64,000 nucleotides of DNA from Auanema rhodensis. Taxonomy: Eukaryota; Animalia; Nematoda. The first letter of the stretch is position 1. Each line of letters begins with the position of its first letter. Location: positions 26,226,001 to 26,290,000 of the forward strand of contig OZ059900.1 in the NCBI GenBank assembly GCA_964057225.1, in the 5' to 3' direction. Below the pieces are notes generated by a model. The model was not told the DNA's origin. It ran no database searches and was given only the letters and a program-made list of their open reading frames with translations. Below, piece by piece: positions 1-11,999 of the stretch. The position numbers were made by a program, and so were the translations under genes.

Positions 1-3000
1 ATGTGAAATGCTTTATTTTAGTATGTAACACGCTGAAATTCGTTGCATTTGACGACTCATATGAACAAAAATCGATTTAATCAATATTAGCCATAAGGGG
101 CGTGCCCTCAGAATATGCAAATTTCCTTAATTTTCTAACCCCTGTTTTTTTGTCGTGAAAGTGGAACTAGACGTTGTACGAACAATTTTGAGCTAGGTTT
201 CATTGACATTGCATGAGTTTGAACACATGAAATCGTAAGTCAAAACCTTGTTTACAGCGAAATTTCCAAAAACTGGTTTTCCCGCATAATAAAATATTTC
301 TCATGGGAAATACTGTGTTTTTGTATTTTTCTAGTGTTCAGCATGTAAAATGCTTCATTTTAGTATGTAACACGCTGAAATTCGTTGCATTTGACGACTC
401 ATATGAACAAAAATCGATTTATTCAATATTAGCCATAAGGGGCGTGCCCTCAGAATATGCTAATTTCCTTAATTTTCTAACCCCTGTTTTTTTGTCGTGA
501 AAGTGGAACTAGACGTTGTACGAACAATTTTGAGCTAGGTTTCATTGACATTGCATGAGTTTGAACACATGAAATCGTAAGTCAAAACCTTGTTTACAGC
601 GAAATTTCTAAAAACTGGTTTTCCAGCATAATAAAATATTTCTCAAGGGAAAAACTGTGTTTTTATATTTTTCTAGTGTTCAGCATGTGAAATGCTTTAT
701 TTTAGTATGTAACACGCTGAAATTCGTTGCATTTGACGACTCATATGAACAAAAATCGATTTAATCAATATTAGCCATAAGGGGCGTGCCCTCAGAATAT
801 GCAAATTTCCTTAATTTTCTAACCCCTGTTTTTTTGTCGTGAAAGTGGAACTAGACGTTGTACGAACAATTTTGAGCTAGGTTTCATTGACATTGCATGA
901 GTTTGAACACATGAAATCGTAAGTCAAAACCTTGTTTACAGCGAAATTTCTAAAAACTGGTTTTCCAGCATAATAAAATATTTCTCAAGGGAAAAACTGT
1001 GTTTTTATATTTTTCTAGTGTTCAGCATGTAAAATGCTTCATTTTAGTATGTAACACGCTGAAATTCGTTGCATTTGACGACTCATATGAACAAAAATCG
1101 ATTTAATCAATATTAGCCATAAGGGGCGTGCCCTCAGAATATGCAAATTTCCTTAATTTTCTAACCCCTGTTTTTTTGTCGTGAAAGTGGAACTAGACGT
1201 TGTACGAACAATTTTGAGCTAGGTTTCATTGACATTGCATGAGTTTGAACACATGAAATCGTAAGTCAAAACCTTGTTTACAGCGAAATTTCCAAAAACT
1301 GGTTTTCCAGCATAATAAAATATTTCTCATGGGAAATACTGTGTTTTTGTATTTTTCTAGTGTTCAGCATGTAAAATGCTTCATTTTAGTATGTAACACG
1401 TTGAAATTCGTTGCATTTGACGACTCATATGAACAAAAATCGATTTAATCAATATTAGCCATAAGGGGCGTGCCCTCAGAATATGCTAATTTCCTTAATT
1501 TTCTAACCCCTGTTTTTTTGTCGGGAAAGTGGAACTAGACGTTGTACGAACAATTTTGAGCTAGGTTTCATTGACATTGCATGAGTTTGAACACATGAAA
1601 TCGTAAGTCAAAACCTTGTTTACAGCGAAATTTCCAAAAACTGGTTTTCCAGCATAATAAAATATTTCTCATGGGAAAAACTGTGTTTTTGTATTTTTCT
1701 AGTGTTCAGCATGTAAAATGCTTCATTTTAGTATGTAACACGCTGAAATTCGTTGCATTTGACGACTCATATGAACAAAAATCGATTTAATCAATATTAG
1801 CCATAAGGGGCGTGCCCTCAGAATATGCTAATTTCCTTAATTTCCTAACCCCTGTTTTTTTGTCGTGAAAGTGGAACTAGACGTTGTACGAACAATTTTG
1901 AGCTAGGTTTCATTGACATTGCATGAGTTTGAACACATGAAATCGTAAGTCAAAACCTTGTTTACAGCGAAATTTCCAAAAACTGGTTTTCCAGCATAAT
2001 AAAATATTTCTCATGGGAAATACTGTGTTTTTGTATTTTTCTAGTGTTCAGCATGTAAAATGCTTCATTTTAGTATGTAACACGCTGAAATTCGTTGCAT
2101 TTGACGACTCATATGAACAAAAATCGATGTAATCAATATTAGCCATAAGGGGCGTGCCCTCAGAATATGCTAATTTCCTTAATTTTCTAACCCCTGTTTT
2201 TTAGTCGTGAAAGTGGAACTAGACGTTGTACGAACAATTTTGAGCTAGGTTTCATTGACATTGCATCAGTTTGAACACATGAAATCGTAAGTCAAAACCT
2301 TGTTTACAGCGAAATTTCCAAAAACTGGTTTTCCAGCATAATAAAATATTTCTCATGGGAAATACTGTGTTTTTGTATTTTTCTAGTGTTCAGCATGTAA
2401 AATGCTTCATTTTAGTATGTAACACGCTGAAATTCGTTGCATTTGACGACTCATATGAACAAAAATCGATTTAATCAATATTAGCCATAAGGGGCGTGCC
2501 CTCAGAATATGCTAATTTCCTTAATTTTCTAACCCCTGTTTTTTTGTCGTGAAAGTGGAACTAGACGTTGTACGAACAATTTTGAGCTAGGTTTCATTGA
2601 CATTGCATGAGTTTGAACACATGAAATCGTAAGTCAAAACCTTGTTTACAGCGAAATTTCCAAAAACTGGTTTTCCAGCATAATACAATATTTCTCATGG
2701 GAAATACTGTGTTTTTGTATTTTTCTAGTGTTCAGCATGTAAAATGCTTCATTTAAGTATGTAACACGCTGAAATTCGTTGCATTTGACGACTCATATGA
2801 ACAAAAATCGATTTAATCAATATTAGCCATAAGGGGCGTGCCCTCAGAATATGCAAATTTCCTTAATTTTCTAACCCCTGTTTTTTTGTCGTGAAAGTGG
2901 AACTAGACGTTGTACGAACAATTTTGAGCTAGGTTTCATTGACATTGCATGAGTTTGAACACATGAAATCGTAAGTCAAAACCTTGTTTACAGCGAAATT

Positions 3001-6000
3001 TCCAAAAACTGGTTTTCCAGCATAATACAATATTTCTCATGGGAAATACTGTGTTTTTGTATTTTTCTAGTGTTCAGCATGTAAAATGCTTCATTTTAGT
3101 ATGTAACACGCTGAAATTCGTTGCATTTGACGACTCATATGAACAAAAATCGATTTAATCAATATTAGCCATAAGGGGCGTGCCCTCAGAATATGCAAAT
3201 TTCCTTAATTTTCTAACCCCTGTTTTTTTGTCGTGAAAGTGGAACTAGACGTTGTACGAACAATTTTGAGCTAGGTTTCATTGACATTGCATGAGTTTGA
3301 ACACATGAAATCGTAAGTCAAAACCTTGTTTACAGCGAAATTTCCAAAAACTGGTTTTCCAGCATAATAAAATATTTCTCATGGGAAATACTGTGTTTTT
3401 GTATTTTTCTAGTGTTCAGCATGTAAAATGCTTCATTTTAGTATGTAACACGCTGAAATTCGTTGCATTTGACGACTCATATGAACAAAAATCGATTTAA
3501 TCAATATTAGCCATAAGGGGCGTGCCCTCAGAATATGCTAATTTCCTTAATTTTCTAACCCCTGTTTTTTTGTCGTGAAAGTGGAACTAGACGTTGTACG
3601 AACAATTTTGAGCTAGGTTTCATTGACATTGCATGAGTTTGAACACATGAAATCGTAAGTCAAAACCTTGTTTACAGCGAAATTTCCAAAAACTGGTTTT
3701 CCAGCATAATAAAATATTTCTCATGGGAAATACTGTGTTTTTGTATTTTTCTAGTGTTCAGCATGTAAAATGCTTCATTTTAGTATGTAACACGCTGAAA
3801 TTCGTTGCATTTGACGACTCATATGAACAAAAATCGATGTAATCAATATTAGCCATAAGGGGCGTGCCCTCAGAATATGCTAATTTCCTTAATTTTCTAA
3901 CCCCTGTTTTTTAGTCGTGAAAGTGGAACTAGACGTTGTACGAACAATTTTGAGCTAGGTTTATTGACATTGCATCAGTTTGAACACATGAAATCGTAAG
4001 TCAAAACCTTGTTTACAGCGAAATTTCCAAAAACTGGTTTTCCAGCATAATAAAATATTTCTCATGGGAAATACTGTGTTTTTGTATTTTTCTAGTGTTC
4101 AGCATGTAAAATGTTTCATTTTAGTATGTAACACGCTGAAATTCGTTGCATTTGACGACTCATATGAACAAAAATCGATTTAATCAATATTATCCATAAG
4201 GGGCGTGCCCTCAGAATATGCTAATTTCCTTAATTTTCTAACCCCTGTTTTTTTGTCGTGAAAGTGGAACTAGACGTTGTACGAACAATTTTGAGCTAGG
4301 TTTCATTGACATTGCATGAGTTTGAACACATGAAATCGTAAGTCAAATCCTTGTTTACAGCGAAATTTCCAAAAACTGGTTTTCCAGCATAATAAAATAT
4401 TTCTCATGGGAAATACTGTGTTTTTGTATTTTTCTAGTGTTCAGCATGTAAAATGCTTCATTTTAGTATGTAACACGCTGAAATTCGTTGCATTTGACGA
4501 CTCATATGAACAAAAATCGATTTAATCAATATTAGCCATAAGGGGCGTGCCCTCAGAATATGCAAATTTCCTTAATTTTCTAACCCCTGTTTTTTTGTCG
4601 TGAAAGTGGAACTAGACGTTGTACGAACAATTTTGAGCTAGGTTTCATTGACATTGCATGAGTTTGAACACATGAAATCGTAAGTCAAAACCTTGTTTAC
4701 AGCGAAATTTCCAAAAACTGGTTTTCCAGCATAATAAAATATTTCTCATGGGAAATACTGTGTTTTTGTATTTTTCTAGTGTTCAGCATGTAAAATGCTT
4801 CATTTTAGTATGTAACACGCTGAAATTCGTTGCATTTGACGACTCATATGAACAAAAATCGATGTAATCAATATTAGCCATAAGGGGCGTGCCCTCAGAA
4901 TATGCTAATTTCCTTAATTTTCTAACCCCTGTTTTTTAGTCGTGAAAGTGGAACTAGACGTTGTACGAACAATTTTGAGCTAGGTTTATTGACATTGCAT
5001 CAGTTTGAACACATGAAATCGTAAGTCAAAACCTTGTTTACAGCGAAATTTCCAAAAACTGGTTTTCCAGCATAATAAAATATTTCTCATGGGAAATACT
5101 GTGTTTTTGTATTTTTCTAGTGTTCAGCATGTAAAATGTTTCATTTTAGTATGTAACACGCTGAAATTCGTTGCATTTGACGACTCATATGAACAAAAAT
5201 CGATTTAATCAATATTATCCATAAGGGGCGTGCCCTCAGAATATGCTAATTTCCTTAATTTTCTAACCCCTGTTTTTTTGTCGTGAAAGTGGAACTAGAC
5301 GTTGTACGAACAATTTTGAGCTAGGTTTCATTGACATTGCATGAGTTTGAACACATGAAATCGTAAGTCAAAACCTTGTTTACAGCGAAATTTCCAAAAA
5401 CTGGTTTTCCAGCATAATAAAATATTTCTCATGGGAAATACTGTGTTTTTGTATTTTTCTAGTGTTCAGCATGTAAAATGCTTCATTTTAGTATGTAACA
5501 CGCTGAAATTCGTTGCATTTGACGACTCATATGAACAAAAATCGATTTAATCAATATTAGCCATAAGGGGCGTGCCCTCAGAATATGCAAATTTCCTTAA
5601 TTTTCTAACCCCTGTTTTTTTGTCGTGAAAGTGGAACTAGACGTTGTTGTACGAACAATTTTGAGCTAGGTTTCATTGACATTGCATCAGTTTGAACACA
5701 TGAAATCGTAAGTCAAAACCTTGTTTACAGCGAAATTTCCAAAAACTGGTTTTCCAGCATAATAAAATATTTCTCATGGGAAATACTGTGTTTTTCTATT
5801 TTTCTAGTGTTCAGCATGTAAAATGCTTCATTTTAGTATGTAACACGCTGAAATTCGTTGCATTTGACGACTCATATGAACAAAAATCGATTTATTCAAT
5901 ATTAGCCATAAGGGGCGTGCCCTCAGAATATGCTAATTTCCTTAATTTTCTAACCCCTGTTTTTTTGTCGTGAAAGTGGAACTAGACGTTGTACGAACAA

Positions 6001-9000
6001 TTTTGAGCTAGGTTTCATTGACATTGCATGAGTTTGAACACATGAAATCGTAAGTCAAAACCTTGTTTACAGCGAAATTTCCAAAAACTGGTTTTCCAGC
6101 ATAATAAAATATTTCTCATGGGAAATACTGTGTTTTTGTATTTTTCTAGTGTTCAGCATGTAAAATGCTTCATTTTAGTATGTAACACGCTGAAATTCGT
6201 TGCATTTGACGACTCATATGAACAAAAATCGATTTAATCAATATTAGCCATAAGGGGCGTGCCCTCAGAATATGCTAATTTCCTTAATTTTCTAACCCCT
6301 GTTTTTTTGTCGTGAAAGTGGAACTAGACGTTGTACGAACAATTTTGAGCTAGGTTTCATTGACATTGCATGAGTTTGAACACATGAAATCGTAAGTCAA
6401 AACCTTGTTTACAGCGAAATTTCTAAAAACTGGTTTTCCAGCATAATAAAATATTTCTCAAGGGAAAAACTGTGTTTTTATATTTTTCTAGTGTTCAGCA
6501 TGTGAAATGCTTTATTTTAGTATGTAACACGCTGAAATTCGTTGCATTTGACGACTCATATGAACAAAAATCGATTTAATCAATATTAGCCATAAGGGGC
6601 GTGCCCTCAGAATATGCAAATTTCCTTAATTTTCTAACCCCTGTTTTTTTGTCGTGAAAGTGGAACTAGACGTTGTACGAACAATTTTGAGCTAGGTTTC
6701 ATTGACATTGCATGAGTTTGAACACATGAAATCGTAAGTCAAAACCTTGTTTACAGCGAAATTTCCAAAAACTGGTTTTCCCGCATAATAAAATATTTCT
6801 CATGGGAAATACTGTGTTTTTGTATTTTTCTAGTGTTCAGCATGTAAAATGCTTCATTTTAGTATGTAACACGCTGAAATTCGTTGCATTTGACGACTCA
6901 TATGAACAAAAATCGATTTATTCAATATTAGCCATAAGGGGCGTGCCCTCAGAATATGCTAATTTCCTTAATTTTCTAACCCCTGTTTTTTTGTCGTGAA
7001 AGTGGAACTAGACGTTGTACGAACAATTTTGAGCTAGGTTTCATTGACATTGCATCAGTTTGAACACATGAAATCGTAAGTCAAAACCTTGTTTACAGCG
7101 AAATTTCCAAAAACTGGTTTTCCAGCATAATAAAATATTTCTCATGGGAAATACTGTGTTTTTGTATTTTTCTAGTGTTCAGCATGTAAAATGCTTCATT
7201 TTAGTATGTAACACGCTGAAATTCGTTGCATTTGACGACTCATATGAACAAAAATCGATTTATTCAATATTAGCCATAAGGGGCGTGCCCTCAGAATATG
7301 CTAATTTCCTTAATTTTCTAACCCCTGTTTTTTTGTCGTGAAAGTGGAACTAGACGTTGTACGAACAATTTTGAGCTAGGTTTCATTGACATTGCATGAG
7401 TTTGAACACATGAAATCGTAAGTCAAAACCTTGTTTACAGCGAAATTTCTAAAAACTGGTTTTCCAGCATAATAAAATATTTCTCAAGGGAAAAACTGTG
7501 TTTTTATATTTTTCTAGTGTTCAGCATGTGAAATGCTTTATTTTAGTATGTAACACGCTGAAATTCGTTGCATTTGACGACTCATATGAACAAAAATCGA
7601 TTTAATCAATATTAGCCATAAGGGGCGTGCCCTCAGAATATGCAAATTTCCTTAATTTTCTAACCCCTGTTTTTTTGTCGTGAAAGTGGAACTAGACGTT
7701 GTACGAACAATTTTGAGCTAGGTTTCATTGACATTGCATGAGTTTGAACACATGAAATCGTAAGTCAAAACCTTGTTTACAGCGAAATTTCTAAAAACTG
7801 GTTTTCCAGCATAATAAAATATTTCTCAAGGGAAAAACTGTGTTTTTATATTTTTCTAGTGTTCAGCATGTGAAATGCTTTATTTTAGTATGTAACACGC
7901 TGAAATTTGTTGCATTTGACGACTCATATGAACAAAAATCGATTTAATCAATATTAGCCATAAGGGGCGTGCCCTCAGAATATGCTAATTTCCTTAATTT
8001 TCTAACCCCTGTTTTTTTGTCGTGAAAGTGGAACTAGACGTTGTACGAACAATTTTGAGCTAGGTTTCATTGACATTGCATGAGTTTGAACACATGAAAT
8101 CGTAAGTCAAAACCTTGTTTACAGCGAAATTTCCAAAAACTGGTTTTCCAGCATAATACAATATTTCTCATGGGAAATACTGTGTTTTTGTATTTTTCTA
8201 GTGTTCAGAATGTAGAATGCTTCATTTTAGTATGTAACACGCTGAAATTCGTTGCATTTGACGACTCATATGAACAAAAATCGATTTAATCAATATTAGC
8301 CATAAGGGGCGTGCCCTCAGAATATGCAAATTTCCTTAATTTTCTAACCCCTGTTTTTTTGTCGTGAAAGTGGAACTAGACGTTGTACGAACAATTTTGA
8401 GCTAGGTTTCATTGACATTGCATGAGTTTGAACACATGAAATCGTAAGTCAAAACCTTGTTTACAGCGAAATTTCCAAAAACTGGTTTTCCAGCATAATA
8501 AAATATTTCTCATGGGAAATACTGTGTTTTTGTATTTTTCTAGTGTTCAGCATGTAAAATGCTTCATTTTAGTATGTAACACGCTGAAATTCGTTGCATT
8601 TGACGACTCATATGAACAAAAATCGATTTAATCAATATTAGCCATAAGGGGCGTGCCCTCAGAATATGCTAATTTCCTTAATTTTCTAACCCCTGTTTTT
8701 TTGTCGGGAAAGTGGAACTAGACGTTGTACGAACAATTTTGAGCTAGGTTTCATTGACATTGCATGAGTTTGAACACATGAAATCGTAAGTCAAAACCTT
8801 GTTTACAGCGAAATTTCCAAAAACTGGTTTTCCAGCATAATAAAATATTTCTCATGGGAAAAACTGTGTTTTTGTATTTTTCTAGTGTTCAGCATGTAAA
8901 ATGCTTCATTTTAGTATGTAACACGCTGAAATTCGTTGCATTTGACGACTCATATGAACAAAAATCGATTTAATCAATATTAGCCATAAGGGGCGTGCCC

Positions 9001-10600
9001 TCAGAATATGCTAATTTCCTTAATTTCCTAACCCCTGTTTTTTTGTCGTGAAAGTGGAACTAGACGTTGTACGAACAATTTTGAGCTAGGTTTCATTGAC
9101 ATTGCATGAGTTTGAACACATGAAATCGTAAGTCAAAACCTTGTTTACAGCGAAATTTCCAAAAACTGGTTTTCCAGCATAATAAAATATTTCTCATGGG
9201 AAATACTGTGTTTTTGTATTTTTCTAGTGTTCAGCATGTAAAATGCTTCATTTTAGTATGTAACACGCTGAAATTCGTTGCATTTGACGACTCATATGAA
9301 CAAAAATCGATGTAATCAATATTAGCCATAAGGGGCGTGCCCTCAGAATATGCTAATTTCCTTAATTTTCTAACCCCTGTTTTTTAGTCGTGAAAGTGGA
9401 ACTAGACGTTGTACGAACAATTTTGAGCTAGGTTTCATTGACATTGCATCAGTTTGAACACATGAAATCGTAAGTCAAAACCTTGTTTACAGCGAAATTT
9501 CCAAAAACTGGTTTTCCAGCATAATAAAATATTTCTCATGGGAAATACTGTGTTTTTGTATTTTTCTAGTGTTCAGCATGTAAAATGCTTCATTTTAGTA
9601 TGTAACACGCTGAAATTCGTTGCATTTGACGACTCATATGAACAAAAATCGATTTAATCAATATTAGCCATAAGGGGCGTGCCCTCAGAATATGCTAATT
9701 TCCTTAATTTTCTAACCCCTGTTTTTTTGTCGTGAAAGTGGAACTAGACGTTGTACGAACAATTTTGAGCTAGGTTTCATTGACATTGCATGAGTTTGAA
9801 CACATGAAATCGTAAGTCAAAACCTTGTTTACAGCGAAATTTCCAAAAACTGGTTTTCCAGCATAATACAATATTTCTCATGGGAAATACTGTGTTTTTG
9901 TATTTTTCTAGTGTTCAGCATGTAAAATGCTTCATTTAAGTATGTAACACGCTGAAATTCGTTGCATTTGACGACTCATATGAACAAAAATCGATTTAAT
10001 CAATATTAGCCATAAGGGGCGTGCCCTCAGAATATGCTAATTTCCTTAATTTTCTAACCCCTGTTTTTTTGTCGTGAAAGTGGAACTAGACGTTGTACGA
10101 ACAATTTTGAGCTAGGTTTCATTGACATTGCATGAGTTTGAACACATGAAATCGTAAGTCAAAACCTTGTTTACAGCGAAATTTCCAAAAACTGGTTTTC
10201 CAGCATAATACAATATTTCTCATGGGAAATACTGTGTTTTTGTATTTTTCTAGTGTTCAGCATGTAAAATGCTTCATTTTAGTATGTAACACGCTGAAAT
10301 TCGTTGCATTTGACGACTCATATGAACAAAAATCGATTTAATCAATATTAGCCATAAGGGGCGTGCCCTCAGAATATGCAAATTTCCTTAATTTTCTAAC
10401 CCCTGTTTTTTTGTCGTGAAAGTGGAACTAGACGTTGTACGAACAATTTTGAGCTAGGTTTCATTGACATTGCATGAGTTTGAACACATGAAATCGTAAG
10501 TCAAAACCTTGTTTACAGCGAAATTTCCAAAAACTGGTTTTCCAGCATAATAAAATATTTCTCATGGGAAATACTGTGTTTTTGTATTTTTCTAGTGTTC
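1..10600. repeat. Satellite A higher-order duplication with a 19-21-monomer period
   Basis: Rare variant CCCGC at 281/6780 has offset 6499 (19x342+1). TCGGGA at 1521/8704, TTTCCTAACC at 1841/9024 and ATTTAAGT at 2751/9934 all have offset 7183 (21x342+1). Boundaries are approximate. Confidence 0.85.
3760..5640. repeat. Satellite A local 3-monomer duplication (period 1025 bp)
   Basis: The 1-bp deletion GGTTTATTGAC (~3962/~4987), ATGTTTCATT (4111/5136) and TATCC (4191/5216) all recur at offset 1025 (3x342-1). Confidence 0.85.
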
Positions 10601-11999
10601 AGCATGTAAAATGCTTCATTTTAGTATGTAACACGCTGAAATTCGTTGCATTTGACGACTCATATGAACAAAAATCGATTTAATCAATATTAGCCATAAG
10701 GGGCGTGCCCTCAGAATATGCAAATTTCCTTAATTTTCTAACCCCTGTTTTTTTGTCGTGAAAGTGGAACTAGACGTTGTACGAACAATTTTGAGCTAGG
10801 TTTCATTGACATTGCATGAGTTTGAACACATGAAATCGTAAGTCAAAACCTTGTTTACAGCGAAATTTCCAAAAACTGGTTTTCCAGCATAATAAAATAT
10901 TTCTCATGGGAAATACTGTGTTTTTGTATTTTTCTAGTGTTCAGCATGTAAAATGCTTCATTTTAGTATGTAACACGCTGAAATTCGTTGCATTTGACGA
11001 CTCATTTGAACAAAAATCGATTTAATCAATATTAGCCATAAGGGGCGTGCCCTCAGAATATGCTAATTTCCTTAATTTTCTAACCCCTGTTTTTTTGTCG
11101 TGAAAGTGGAACTAGACGTTGTACGAACAATTTTGAGCTAGGTTTCATTGACATTGCATGAGTTTGAACACATGAAATCGTAAGTCAAAACCTTGTTTAC
11201 AGCGAAATTTCCAAAAACTGGTTTTCCAGCATAATAAAATATTTCTCATGGGAAAAACTGTGTTTTTGTATTTTTCTAGTGTTCAGCATGTAAAATGCTT
11301 CATTTTAGTATGTAACACGCTGAAATTCGTTGCATTTGACGACTCATATGAACAAAAATCGATTTAATCAATATTAGCCATAAGGGGCGTGCCCTCAGAA
11401 TATGCTAATTTCCTTAATTTTCTAACCCCTGTTTTTTTGTCGTGAAAGTGGAACTAGACGTTGTACGAACAATTTTGAGCTAGGTTTCATTGACATTGCA
11501 TGAGTTTGAACACATGAAATCGTAAGTCAAAACCTTGTTTACAGCGAAATTTCCAAAAACTGGTTTTCCAGCATAATAAAATATTTCTCATGGGAAATAC
11601 TGTGTTTTTGTATTTTTCTAGTGTTCAGCATGTAAAATGCTTCATTTTAGTATGTAACACGCTGAAATTCGTTGCATTTGACGACTCATATGAACAAAAA
11701 TCGATTTAATCAATATTAGCCATAAGGGGCGTGCCCTCAGAATATGCTAATTTCCTTAATTTTCTAACCCCTGTTTTTTTGTCGTGAAAGTGGAACTAGA
11801 CGTTGTACGAACAATTTTGAGCTAGGTTTCATTGACATTGCATGAGTTTGAACACATGAAATCGTAAGTCAAAACCTTGTTTACAGCGAAATTTCCAAAA
11901 ACTGGTTTTCCAGCATAATAAAATATTTCTCATGGGAAATACTGTGTTTTTGTATTTTTCTAGTGTTCAGCATGTAAAATGCTTCATTTTAGTATGTAA

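Noticed and set aside
303-500. 65-aa ORF MGNTVF... (also 5776, 6802, 7144, 35859)
   Set aside because: It lies wholly within the satellite A monomer. It exists only where one A>T SNP changes TAA (codon 40) to TAT; in the other ~120 copies the frame stops after 39 codons or lacks the ATG. I recognise no domain and see no gene context.
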